A stretch of 64,000 bases of DNA from contig NW_024704742.1 of the NCBI RefSeq assembly GCF_018977255.1, positions 98,334,001 through 98,398,000 of the forward strand, in the 5' to 3' direction. The notes beneath the pieces are model-generated. The model did no database searches, was not told the origin of the DNA, and saw only the letters and a program-made list of their open reading frames with translations. Both the position numbers and the translations under genes were made by a program. Below are positions 48,490 to 61,149 of this stretch, piece after piece. Within the stretch, counting starts at the first letter, position 1. The number at the start of each line of letters is the position of its first letter. The DNA comes from Callorhinchus milii. Taxonomy: Eukaryota.

Positions 48490-48885
48490 ATCCCATCTCA
48501 CCTGTATCCAGTTTTCAAAGGGCTTGACAGGGTATTGCTGTCAAATGTAGAAACTGTATGTAATCAGAGTTGCCAATGTATCCATGGAAGATCTCACAAA
48601 CATGAAATGTGGAATCAATTTATCTGAAGGATTGTTCGGTCTGGACACAGGGAGAAACCTTTCTTTTTGAATTGTGACATGTCTGCTCTATATTATCCAT
48701 CTGAACAGACAGACTGAATTTGAGTTAAATGTTTCATGTGAATCACAGAACCTCTGATCAGCAATGATCAGACTAGAGTGTACTTCACTAGAGTGTTAGT
48801 CTGGACTATAAACTCAAGTCCTGCGTGGGGTTTGAACTCATTATCTACTAAAGCAGAGTGCTAGCAACTGAGCCAAGCTAATACC
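48490..48885. mobile_element. CR1 ORF2 C-terminal relic (+, about 48490-48645) next to a Deu-SINE (-, about 48650-48885)
   Basis: VFKGLDRV...HGRSHKH on +. Reverse complement head 'ttggctcagttgctagcactct'. Confidence 0.6.
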
Positions 48886-51800
48886 TCTGCTAATTATCGC
48901 AATAAATCTATTACTAGATATTGCATTTCTCAGCCCTATAACTTATAACAGGCTTAGAGAGCAATGTGGATAATTAATGAATGTTTATCTTAATGTTCAC
49001 CCCAATAGTAACAATAGGCTTTATTTGGTAACAAAATAAGGAAGATTTGGGGAGTCAGATCTGCTTTCTCCCTTCCCTCTTTCAAAGTGCGTCTCAAAAG
49101 GTACCTCTTTGACCGTACTTTCAGTTATCTTTCCCCTCCTCAAACCCCTCAGCTCCCATCCTCACTTCCAGTGCCCAGACAGAATTATCAAGGCACTTTG
49201 CGACATCCTTCCAACATAAAAGGCACTATGTAAGTGTAAATTATAATTTATTGTACAATGTTGTTATAATATATCTGGCCTCATATTCAGTGTAACTCAT
49301 GAACAAAATCCAATAAATTATAATAATGGATTCTAATGCCAATGTTGAATCAATTAATTATTCAGCACCAATGCATCAGATTGAGGATGTTACATGAAGT
49401 TGGATTAAATAGATAATGCTACCTACATTCTTATATGGCTAGTTACATGACCTTGGGTAAAACTCTTAACTTGAAGAGACACTATCATAAAATGTACAAT
49501 ATACCCATCTCAATACACCAGTCAGTTCATATAGCTTATCTTTCTACTTGGGTTTCACAACCAAGAGACAACCTCTTAAATAAGGTATATATCTACAACC
49601 AGAGTTTAACCCTCAGTTTTTTATCAAGGTTGGGATCAATCAAGCTATTCTCAAGTGACTGGTGACTGCAAAATGTTATTGACGATTTCTTAGACCTGTG
49701 ATTTGAGTTTCTGAAGTGTTTGTGTGCTGAATTGTTTTGGATGCAGATTTTCTGCTTCTGAGAAATAGCTGTGAAACTTTGTAGAACTAATGACCCTCAT
49801 GCCCAGATGTAGTGATTTTGATTGATGGTTTTAACTTGTGTTAGGCACAGAAGGAGCTCTTCTGTACTTTGGCATTTATTAGCAGCATAGATGCATAGTC
49901 CTGCTATCAGCTAAACACAGACAGATAGACAGACAGACAGCAGCAAAGAGGAGATAGTTAAAAATGATAATTATAGTTGAAAATTTAAAAATACACTTCT
50001 TAACATTAATTTTAAGAGACTCTGATGACAACAAAAGTTCACAATTTTTCAATGAATGTGCCTTTTCTTTATCACAGTAAATATTTCACCGAATGCTACC
50101 AATCAGCTCCTTCAACACCATTTGGACAGAGCAAAGTATTCTTTAAAATTAATCTTTAAATACTGAAATTCATTGGGGTTAAAATATGCATGTATGATGG
50201 TTCATTGAGAATCTATTATCTGCATCTAATGCTCTGCACCATGGAATAGCTGAACACAAGCTTGTAAGTCCCCATGCAATAGTTACTGATCTTAGTCATG
50301 TTGCTACAGATGACAGGCTTGCAATAGTTGTTGTGAATGTCGCTGTGCAGGACAGCAAAGAACAGAAGCCTGTCGCTTCCCTACAGAGAAAGAGGATCTG
50401 AGGGACAATCACCTTGGCTATTAGTGGCTAGTTGTCCAGAAGCATTGACAGAGGCCTTGGAGCAGGTCATTGGCCTTCCAGTTAGCTGGCAGCAACATGT
50501 GAATTGAATATCGTTACTACCACAGTAACTGAGAATTTTTTTTCTGCCTCCTTGATTATCCTTGGGGTGAGGGTGCGGGGGTGGTAAATAGGGTCTCCTT
50601 GGAGTTGAGTTGTGGTGGTCACAATAGTCCAGTTCCTGAGCCAGGTGGGCCTGCAGTACGCCAGGGCATTGTTGATGACAGGGCAATCAGCCTGGCAGAT
50701 TAACAGGAGCTGAGTGTGCAGAATTGTACACTCAGCTCCTGTTAAACCTGACAAGAAACACAATAAGAAATAACAGAAATTTTGCCCCATTGAATCTAAG
50801 AGGATAGGTGGTCAACAATAACAAGAACAATAACTTGCATTTATATAGCGCCCTTCAAATGTACAAAGAAATGTATATTTGAAAAGTTACATTGTGCAGG
50901 TGGGCTTAAGGGCAGCTCTGACTTATGTTGATTTGGTGAACCAGGTTCCTGACAGACATGGAAACCACGTGTGATAGTATCCAAATTCACTGAGAGTTCT
51001 ACATTTGCATTTGTCCAGAATGGAATTTATATTTTCTCCTTGAAGGAATGCACCCCTCCCAATGTATCCTTGAAGTATTGTATACAGATTGACAAGACCC
51101 AAGGTTTGAGATCTTCACATTGTTCACTGGAGTACTGGCGGACATTAACCAGCTTAAATTTACAACTTGCCATTGTGAACGCCCACTACCACATTTCTGG
51201 CTACTTGCCCAGAATAACAACAGCACTTATATAGTAGGATAGTGTTTCGGAGCATCTAGGACCACGGTTACGACTTTGGCTTGCAGGCTTAACAAGAGCT
51301 GAATGGGAAGAATCTAGCTCTGACTACTAGAAGACAATTGGCTACAAAGTTCTCCAAAAGCAATAACTACTGTGAGCATATGGTGAACAGAATGAAAATT
51401 CAGAGGTTATTATTAACACATCTGTACGCTTAGCAATTAAAAAATTCTCACTTATGTAAGTTCTTGCGGCCTCAGAAAGATTATATGTTCCAGCACTCAA
51501 TCATCACCATGAACTCTGGAGTATATTTCTACATTTCATATCTATTTTTGAGTAAGGTATAAATGTGATACTTATACACTGGTGTCATCCTAATATAATA
51601 TGCTAATGAATAGGGATTTGATTTATGCCCCAGATTTTAAAAATAATTCTTACAAATCCCCATTAATCCTTTACAGGAATTCCATTTATCAATAATTGAA
51701 ATTCAAGGATTTTTACGAGAGACACAATTTCCGACTCAAATGCCCTCTTCATAAAATGGGAAGCACTTTCAATCTGTTCAGGATTATGCAATAAAGCAGC

Positions 51801-52264
51801 TCATGGGCACTCCAGAATCTCAGAGGTTAAGCAACAGTTTTCCCAACCACCTTTAAGTGAAAAACTTCAGCAATGTTTTACATTGACTTGAGAATTTAAT
51901 AACAAGAGCAATGTGTTATGGCTCCTGAGAGATTTCTTAATGCTTTATTTGATTGGGTTTATGAAGCAATAGTGAGAGCCTACACAATTATTTTAATTAT
52001 ATTGTATTTTCAGAGAATGTTATGATACTCTCTCCTCATATTTACTTTAGACCTGCAGAATGCCAGTCTGACCGAAAATAAATAGGTTATCTACTGGTTG
52101 CTCAAAATTCTGATGATGAATTTTGATAATAATATAATCTTTGCTTTTGATATAGCACCTTATCATATTGAAAGCGCTTCACAGGATTATATTATGAAAT
52201 GTAATGACTGTGTATATGTAAGTGAATTTGGCAGCCAATTTGTGCACAAAAAATCCCACAAACA

Positions 52265-52535
52265 GCCATGTAACTCAGACTGGCTAGGTGGGTACCACTC
52301 TCGTTTGAACTAGAAGGTTGTCGGTTCAATCCCCACATTATAATTTAGAACTCATAGTTTAAACTAACAATTCAATGCAGTGCTTGGAGTGTCCTACATT
52401 ACTGGAGGTACTATCCTTTGAATGAGATGTTAAATTGAGACCCCATCTGCCTGGTCAGGTGCAGGTTAAAGATCCCACGGCACTATTTAAAAAGAGGACG
52501 TTTCTCTGGGTGTCCTGGTCAGCAATCCTCTAATA
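52265..52535 (+). mobile_element. Deu-domain SINE
   Basis: 'tagaaggttgtcggttcaatcccc' and 'gttaaagatcccacggcactattt'. Confidence 0.75.
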
Positions 52536-52814
52536 AGATCGCTCTAACTTCCACTTTATAACAATAAGAAATCTGTGTTTTCTACCTCACTTCCCTACAC
52601 ATTCCAAAGAATCGTTTTAGTTGTCAAAAACTGGAGGGAATTACAAAGGGCATTTGGGCTCTAATTTGAAGAGTGTACACACATAAATCATATTTCAAAA
52701 TGCATCTCTTTATAATGAAGCCCAAATACTTTAAATGACACAGTTGAATGTATACAGTATGTAGTGTATGACATACTTCTTTTGCCTAATATTCTTTTTA
52801 CCTAAACGAGGCTG

Positions 52815-53195
52815 AATCACTTATCCACGCGTCACCTCCTGCCTTGACTACTCAAATGCCCTCCTTGTCGGATTCCCCAGCTTCACTATCCACAAAATCC
52901 AGTAATCCAACTCCGTGTACTCACCTGCACTAAACTCAGTACCACTATTACACCAGTTCTAACCAGGCTCCACTGGCTCCCTATCACCGAATGGATCGAT
53001 TTCAAGATCTTCACACTCGTCTTTAAATCCCTTCATGTCCTGACACCTCCCTATGTCTCCGAGCCACTTACACCTTAACCCCACTACCCATTGTCTTTCA
53101 TTACTTCCACTCAGGGTCATGCTCCGCCACTGTCAAGCGCTCTGGGACTCTACCCTGCGTGAGGGGCACTGTATAAAAGCAAATTGTTGTTGTTG
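52815..53195 (+). mobile_element. L2 3' fragment (second subfamily, same tail type as 38200-38262)
   Basis: LDYSNALL...RLHWLPITEWIDFKIFTLVFKSL, then tail 'aagcgctctgggactctaccctgcgtgaggggcactgtataaa...(ttg)n'. Confidence 0.88.
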
Positions 53196-53624
53196 CTATC
53201 TTTGCAGTTAGCAGCTATTTGATTTCCATTTGTAAAAGTATTGGAAAGCTTCCAATTCCCAATGCTCAGACAGCCTATAAGTTGGTTCTCAGACCTAAGT
53301 TCATTCCCTCCCCCAACAACACCGTCCAGAGATTCCACATCTTCAGAGCTGATTCTAGGATGATCTTATTGTAAGGTGCAGCACTTGGACTTTGTAACCT
53401 TCTCAGTACTATCTCTTGAAATTCCTATGTTGGTGACTGGATTGCTAAATACTTAACTACAGATGTCAATGGAGAGCAGGCAACACCCATTTCCAAAGGT
53501 CGCATTTGAAATAGTAAGTCAATTTGAAAGTGTTTCCAAAATAAGGCAACCTTTACTTCACAAAGCATGGTGTAGACTTCCAGTGCTTAAATTAGTGAAT
53601 TAGTCAGTGACTAGAGGGCATCAA

Positions 53625-53870
53625 TTAGGAAATGAGCAATTGAGGAAGTTAGGAGAATTTTTTTCATGCAAAGAGTCGATAGGATATGGAATGCCCTGCT
53701 GGGAATGGTGGTTGAGGCAAAATCCGTATTAGTTTTTAAAAAGGGAACTAGATAAGTATCTAAAATGAAGTAAACTACAAGGTTATTGGGTAAATTGGAC
53801 TGAAAGTATTGCTCTTAGAAGATCCAGCACAGACTCAATGTGCTGAATGGCCTTTTTCTGTGCTATAAAG
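53625..53870 (+). mobile_element. CR1 3' end
   Basis: RRIFFMQRVDRIWNALLGMVVEAKSVLVFK (CR1 ORF2 terminus) followed by the 3' UTR. Confidence 0.85.
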
Positions 53871-54898
53871 CTTTTTGAGACGCTGTCCTGCGTGAAGGGC
53901 ATTACATAAATGTAAGCTGTTGTTTAAATGTCCATGGTTCTATGAACTTTCCTGCTCAATTTAAGCCGATCCACCATTAGATAAGCCAATTGTATATTGC
54001 ACAGAGGGAGTTACAGGATTCAAAAGAGGAGGAAAAAATAAGCTCAAATTTAAATAAAACTAATCATCAGCGTGAATACTTTTTAAAAAAATATAGCAAT
54101 AGTACTTTAGTACTGGAATATCAGGGTTCCAATGAAGAAGGTGGTTTTGAATGAGGATTTAAGAATTACCATGGATTGAACACTATTTGCTTCATCCCTT
54201 TTCCTGGACTGGATGTAGCTCGATCTTCAGAAGTAAAACCCAGCAATTGAGCTATCTAATCCTTTTGAAACATGGTAACAAATATGTTAGTTAGTTAGTT
54301 AGCATGAAAAGAAAAGAGGAAATGATGTTAGAGTTTGACAGAGTGCTGGTCATTAATTACCATGCAATTTAGACTATCTTTGATGTGTCATAAAAGTTTC
54401 TTCTGAAATGTTACTACATGAAGCTCTGATTTAAGATTCAGCCTTTTTCATCTTTCTTTTCCCCTCCACATTCCTCCCTAGGCACATACTATAGAGGTTA
54501 GATGGCTTTCACTACTGATTTAATCACGATACCAAAATAGCTGCATGATAAAAGTTTTATGGAAATTTTTGTTGCAAAGCAATCAATCATTTTTCTTACA
54601 GATGCACAGCTAGAGCGCTTGTGCCTCAAAGACTTTTGTCGGGCTTACTTGTTAAATTAGCAGTGATCAAAGTCTAAAACATTTATCATGCTTATTAGTG
54701 AAAAAACCTAGCAGCAGGTATCCCAAGTGAGGAAACTAGTTCTCATTTCCTTCAGAGTGAATTGGAAATTATCCAAGCCTCTTACTGACATAATTCACTG
54801 AATAAGTTAAAGGCAATTGTCTCAAACAGTTGCTATAAACATTGGGATCCATTTGACTAACATAGAATCCATCTACTGTGCTTTGTAATTATTCTTAC

Positions 54899-54945
54899 CT
54901 GTTCCCAGGAATTTTAGATACTCGCACTGCCTGGTCGTTGGGTCA
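54899..54945 (-). other. Candidate isolated 47-nt internal exon of an unidentified gene
   Basis: Strong acceptor 'aattttttttcag|' and consensus donor 'CAG|gtaag'. Only one frame is stop-free (xDPTTRQCEYLKFLGT), and two CpGs are retained. No homologue recognised. Confidence 0.45.
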
Positions 54946-55189
54946 CTGAAAAAAAATTGCCACAAAGATCAAATAGCAAAGATTCTCTGTAATGTTTTTG
55001 TCGCATTGTTTACTTCCTCAATTAAACAAGAATAATTACAGACTTTCTTCACTGACTCAGAAGCAAAGAAAAATCGACATGTTATGAATATGTGATAAGC
55101 TGGTATTTTCATGACAAACTTTGTCGAGTCTCGAAGCAGAAAACAAAGATCGCTCAACTTTGTGAGCACAATGTATGTGTTATTTTTAA

Positions 55190-55630
55190 CAATAGATAAT
55201 AATCAATGCATTTGATACAGCATTTTATCACATTGTTGAAAATTTTGCAAAGCACTTCAGAGGTTTTAGTGTAATGTATAGTGGCTGTGCATCTGCAAAT
55301 GAATGTGGCAGCCAATTTGAGCACAGCGATGTCCAACAAACAGCCATGAAGTAAATGATTAGGTTTTTTTGTGGAAGTATTGTCCACGATACCATGATAA
55401 ACTCCCTACTCATTTCAAATAATGCCTTGAGATCTTTAACATTCACCTGGTCAGGCAGGTAGGACCTCGGTTTAATATTTCATCTAAAGGACACCTCTTA
55501 CCATGTAACACTCACTCAGTACTGTGTTGGAGTGTGAGCCGAGGGTATAAGTTTAGACAATGGGACTTGAACCTACAACCTTCTGATTCAGAGCCAAGAT
55601 GCAACTAACTAAGCCAAGCTGACACCTGGA
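55190..55630 (-). mobile_element. Deu-domain SINE, near full length
   Basis: Reverse complement 'gtgtcagcttggcttagttagttgcatcttggctctgaatcagaaggttgtaggttcaagtccca...aaagatctcaaggcattatttgaaa'. Confidence 0.8.
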
Positions 55631-56429
55631 TGCTTGGATGAAAATTATTAAATGGTTACAGGAAGGAGCCCAAATTCACGAAATGACTGTGTGGACCAGA
55701 GGCTTGAAAATCTGTGGAACAAACTCTGGTAGGTGTTAGGCACAGTCCCTTTGTTGATGTCAGTTTTTAATGGAATTTCTTTATTATCACACATCAGCAA
55801 AATCACTACATGGACCGTGTATCATAATTTCAGTCCACTTGTATTCAACTGTGTAAGGCTGTTTTGTCTTAAACTTTAAGGTAGTGCAGAATTGTAGAAA
55901 ATTCTTCTATTCATTTATAATTTGCAACCACAATTCATAAAAAGAACCAACCTCCAAATTAAGATTGAAATTCTAAGCCTTTGATTAGCCGGACAGCCTG
56001 TTTCGTTGCCGTAAAATTCTATTAGGATTTTATGAAATTCCTATTTGTTAAAGTTAAGAAAAGCATAGACATGAATAAAAATAAAGTGTTTGTGCAAACT
56101 AATAATGTAGCAAACTTCGGAAATTTCTACCAAATAAACGGAGTCAAAAGTATTTGTGAAAAACAAGGGTAATTGACCTTCAATGAGTAACTTGTGCAAA
56201 ATTCAGGAGCCAAAAAGGCACATTGTGAAGCAAACTTTTGACAATTGGTCAGACCTGGTTTCAGTTGGTGAGGATTACCAATGCAAAGATTTCTAAGAAT
56301 TGACAGCAGGAATTTTCTGACAGAATGTGGATGTAGCAATCATTGGCAAATGGAAGCAGAAAGGAGAGCTGAAAATGTAGGGGTTATCAGCCAGTGCTAC
56401 TTTGGCAATGGGTCCCTTGCAATGCGGTA

Positions 56430-56760
56430 AGTTATCTAGACAATGAAAGAACAATGCACTTGGAGTTTCTGTCTTGTCAGAGAGGGGATGACATCAGGTC
56501 CACAAAGTGCTGCACCATTATTGTACTACCAATGGTATTGAAGGTCACCAGGTCATTCAAATCCTTATACACTGGACGTTATACCTCGGAGATATATCAG
56601 GCAGGTTTCTGTCTCATGTTGCAACAAGGAGATAGCAGCGTAACACAAGACCTCTCACAATGCACATCTTACCAAGAATCAGCAGTTGCAGAGGCAACAA
56701 CAAGTCCACCAAATTGTAACTTCCCGAGGCAAAGGAAGTAGTTGACTGTGCTCATGTACA
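56430..56760 (+). mobile_element. PIF/Harbinger transposase relic (frameshifted)
   Basis: VLPMVLKVTRSFKSLYTG resembles ALPVxxKVTxALxFxAxG; QVSVSCCNKEIAA resembles SQxSVSRCxxEVxxA; FPEAKEVVDCAHV resembles FPxVxGxIDCTHV (first catalytic D). Consensus motifs are from recall. Confidence 0.65.
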
Positions 56761-56849
56761 ATCTTTATTAACTTAAATCAATATAACTCCAGAGAGAGCA
56801 TGAAAATCATGTAGGTATTACAAGAAACATCAACAAAACAACTTCAAAC

Positions 56850-56952
56850 TGAATCAGGTGAAAAGGTCATTGACCTGAAACATTAACTCATTTTCCTCTC
56901 TCCATAGATGCTGCCTGAGCTGCTGCGTGTTCCCAGTGACTTTTATGTTTAT
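56850..56952 (+). mobile_element. Penelope-like terminal-repeat relic containing a degenerate minimal hammerhead ribozyme
   Basis: 'caggtga-aa-aggtca-t-tgacct-gaaac-attaactc...ctctccatagatgctgcctgagctgctg' resembles a common chondrichthyan Penelope-type repeat (recalled). Confidence 0.55.
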
Positions 56953-57914
56953 TCAAACTTAATGCTGTATTTAAAAAATTGTCAAATTCTGTATTTTTTA
57001 AGATGTTACTTGAATTGACCAAGGTGCAATTTCTCCACAAGGATGCTGGAAACTATTCAATATTGCATGGACATCACTCTCTGGCCACTGCTGGATAGTT
57101 CAACAACAGCAGCAAATTACGTTCGAAGGGCAGTCACTGGTAGCAGATCAGGGACTATCAGAGATAGTGGACAGACAAAGCAAGTGGTACAATTTTAAAA
57201 TTGTAAATTGTATTTACAATTATTATTTATTTACAATTTATAATTTTATTTACTCCATCTATTGAGCTTCAGGGTGTTTAATGGGGGTGGGGGGGAGTTG
57301 TGGAATATTATCACATCAATCAAAAATGTGGTCTTGTGACTTCAGTTACAAAATATACTGCCCTTGACAGTGATTACCTGAGATACATTTCATGATGATA
57401 AGGTGCGGTAAAAATGTGTATACTTTTACATTCTTTGTCTCCTTTATCCATTTGTTTCGCTTACCTCCTCTGCACAAGTACCTTGTTATACCTTTGCATT
57501 GTCCAGAGCAATGCTAATATTCATCACCAGTTGTCTCAGTGACAGAAGAATCAAACTTTGCTGTGAAGTTCAGCAATGAATTTCTTCGTGGTCTGTAATC
57601 AAGCATACTAATGACTAATGGGAAAAGACTGGGTGCACAGTTCATCTGCAAAGCAACACAGGCTTTACAGTTTGCTAAGCCAGTGTGCCTTTGGCAGGTT
57701 TGCAACCTTCAAATTCTGCTGACAGGCAGGGTTTAAAGAAACTTCACAAATTCTTTTTATATGCAAATCACTTTTGCATTTTTTTATCGCTCCCAATGAT
57801 GCATAAGCAGCAGCTAAAGGAAATAGGAAATGGAGATTTAAAAATAAAATGTTGGAATGAAATGTCTTGATTTACCATCATTTAAAGTCTGCAATGAATG
57901 CTTTCACTCTTGAA

Positions 57915-58952
57915 AAACCTGTACCTTTGACACCGTTGACCACTTTATCCTGCTCCACCACCTCTTCTCTCACCTCAACGTTCATGGTTCTGTCCTTGAC
58001 TGGTTCAGTTTCTACCTCTAACACTGTCTTGACTTTGTCTCCACAAAGGCTTCTCCTCCAGTCCCCGCACAGTCTCGTGTGGCATTCCTCAGGGCTCTAT
58101 CCTTGGTTCTCTCATCTTCAACAACAACAACAACTTGGATTTATATAGCTCCCTCCACACCAGACGGCGTCTCAGAGCGCTTCACAGTAATGGATCCCGG
58201 GGTCGAGCCAGGGGGAGGGGGAGGAAGGTGACCAAAGGCGGTTGAAAAGAAAGGTCTTTAGCAGAGACCTGAAAATAGAAAGGGGGGGAAGCGAGGCGAA
58301 GGGAGTGAGGAAGGGACTCGGGGCATAGTGGCTGAAGGCACGTACATGCTTCAACATGTACATGCTCCTTCTTAGTGACATCATCTGCAGACATAAGGTG
58401 AACTTCCACATGTATGTGAATGACATCCAACTCTATCTCTCTGCCTCCACCCTCGACTCCAGAACCACTGCTGTCCTGACAGAATGTTTGTCCGACATCA
58501 AGTCCTGGATGAGAGCTAACTTTCTCCAGTTAAATGTTAACAAAACTGAGGCCCTTCTGATTGGCTCCCGTCAACGCCTTCACACCTCAGGCACTGGCAG
58601 CATCACCATCCATGGATACACATTCCACCTCACCGAGCCAGTCCAGAAACTTAGCATCTTGTTTGACCCTCAATTGTCCCTTCTACCCCCATCCATGTCA
58701 TGAACTGCTCTGCCTTCCCTCACCTTTGCAACATCGCCTGACTTGCCACTGCCTCTCTCCTCAGGCCGCCTAAACTCTCATCCATGCATTTATCACATCT
58801 AGGCTTGACTTCGCCAACTCCCTGCTTCTTGGCTTTCCCATCTCTTGCCTCCACAAGCTGAAAATCATCCAGAACTCTGCAACTTGTGTCCTGTCCCACA
58901 CCAGGTTCTATGACCCTATCATCCCCACCCTTGCCCAGCTACTCTGGCTCCA
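57915..58952 (+). mobile_element. L2 RT fragment interrupted by an inverted L2 3' end (58124-58341, minus)
   Basis: FDTVDHFILL...GIPQGSILG, then after the insert MYMLLLSDIICRHKVNFHMYVNDIQLY. TSD cttcaaca at 58116-58123 and 58349-58356. Confidence 0.93.
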
Positions 58953-59869
58953 CTTAATTCACTTTATGGCTTAATTCATTTTATGGCTGTTTGTGAAGCA
59001 TCACTATACACAAGTTGCAACATTCGGCTACAAAATACACAGTCACTACACTTTACAGTATATCCTATGAAGCGGTTTGAGATGTCTTCCTGATGTGAAA
59101 AATATTGTATCAAATGGATTGATAATTGTAATTTATTATTTTATGATCTATAATTCCTGTTGTGCACAATTTAGACTTCAATATGAATACTAATAAGGCA
59201 ATTGTATTTGGCTTCAGGCAAAGGCAGAACCTCTTGTTTCCATGGATTAACATCATGTGCCCAGCAGTCCTGTGTGTGCTAATTTTAGCCACAATGTAGA
59301 CATGCATAAACAAGGTGAGGATATAGGAAATGTCACTAACACAGGAATTATCCATTTATAGAGCTACTTTCAGCATTCCCACCCTTAGAACCAGGAGCTA
59401 AGATCTTCAGCAAAAAAGAGAGAAAATGGGCAATTAGGTTTGTGAAGGCTCTGTTGGAAGGCCTAATGAGGAACTCTTGCAATAATGTGTACACTGAGAA
59501 GGCACATCGAAAAGTGAGCATTTAACTTCAGGTCAGACTTGGAGTTAGTCTGCTTAATGAAGAGGAAGCTTTCAAAGTGCCACCAAAGCTGTGATACAAG
59601 TGAATAATACAGAGGTGTTTTCTGCCTGAAACAATAGGTGTAGCTTCCATAGAGAATACTTTGAAGAGAAGGAGAAAGAGTCAGCAGTGAGGGAGCACTG
59701 AAGTGATAAAAGAGGCACGTCGGCTTGTTTGTAACCTTTCCTTGAATTTTGAACATGAACTTGCATTTTTTGAGCTTTTTATCACTTTATAATTTTAGGC
59801 CAGTATTCCATGATCCATTCAAGTAAGTCTGAATAAAATGTGATGACTTTGGGTAGTCTTGGCCTTCAG

Positions 59870-60145
59870 AGATGGCACTGTCTGGAGGTTTTGGGAGCTG
59901 ACATTGATTGCCTGATCCCATGGCACTACTTGAAAAGAGAAAGGAGTCCTGACCAACAATCCCTCAAAGAAATCTGGTCACTCACTCCATGGCTGTTTGT
60001 GGGCATTGCTGTATGCAAACCGTCTGCTGCATTTCACCCACAAAATACAGTAAATCCACTTTACAGTAAATCCTGTGAAGCTCTTTGAGACGTCTCGACG
60101 ATGTGATAAGGCGCTATGTCAAATACAAGGATTATTATTATTATA
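59870..60145 (+). mobile_element. Deu-core SINE 3' part
   Basis: 'gatcccatggcactacttgaaaagag' and tail 'gctctttgagacgtctcgacgatgtgataaggcgct...(att)n'. Confidence 0.8.
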
Positions 60146-61149
60146 ATATTAAGTTACGGATGCTGGATTGTGTCTTTAAAATGTTGTTTTGTAGAACAAT
60201 GATTTTACTAAGTTGATAATGTGAATAGTGGAACCGATAATTCCACTTTCAGGGTCAAAAACAGAAGCTCCCCTAAGTGTGAATTCAAGTTGTATTGAAC
60301 ATGAACTTGCAGTACTGTCATGCCAGCTTCAGGCACGCTCAGCATGCCAAAGCTGGGAGGAGGTATTTGAAAACAAATTTTAACAAAATTTCTAGCTGTG
60401 GCAAAATGTTACAGATCCAACGGGTACTTTAAGAGAAACACTGACTTTAAGAACTGGGAAAGTGCACAAAAAATTAGGATGGCAGAGAAACCCAATGCTT
60501 GGAGTAAAAACAGCTTCCGATGTTTTAGTCTCAGTGTGTTTACAAAATAATGGAAGGAACTAAAAACTAGTCCCTAAGTATTCTTGGCACCCAAGACCCC
60601 AAAAATTCTGAATCCAGCTCTGACTCCAACACACACTCTGAGTTACCCAAGCCTCGGCTTTTGCTGATCTGCACTTAATATTCTCTGGAATCAGATACAC
60701 TGGATGCATCCCTCCAGGGAGAGAGTGTGCATTCCATTCCAATAAATGGGGATTTTCATGTGTAGATGAGGTATATGGAACTCTTTGTCTGGTTTGGGTA
60801 CTCATATGAATGGTGATGGGTTTCCACATGTGTCAGACACCTGGCTGACCAAAAACGCAATGAGTTTAACAGATTCCAGATTTATACAACTTGTTGTGTT
60901 CCGTAAGATATCCTTGTTAGCTTTGTTTTGATTTAAATGTGGTCAGAGATAATGAGAATTATTTGTTATTCTGTGAGTTAATAAAGTACATTTTTGGGGG
61001 TGTATTCCTCAGTGATCCATTGGAAGAAATGACATGACCATGATAAATGCAATTTAGCTTTCTTGTCCGGTAAGGGACTGGTCAGTCTGTCAGAAAAAAA
61101 GCAGATTTACCAGCAGTGGCAAACGAGAACGCCAAGGATGAATGGAACA

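Noticed and set aside
50111..50132. REST/RE1-like site ttcaacacc-attt-ggacagagc
   Set aside because: There is a mismatch in the left half-site and a 4-bp spacer, so the match is too weak.
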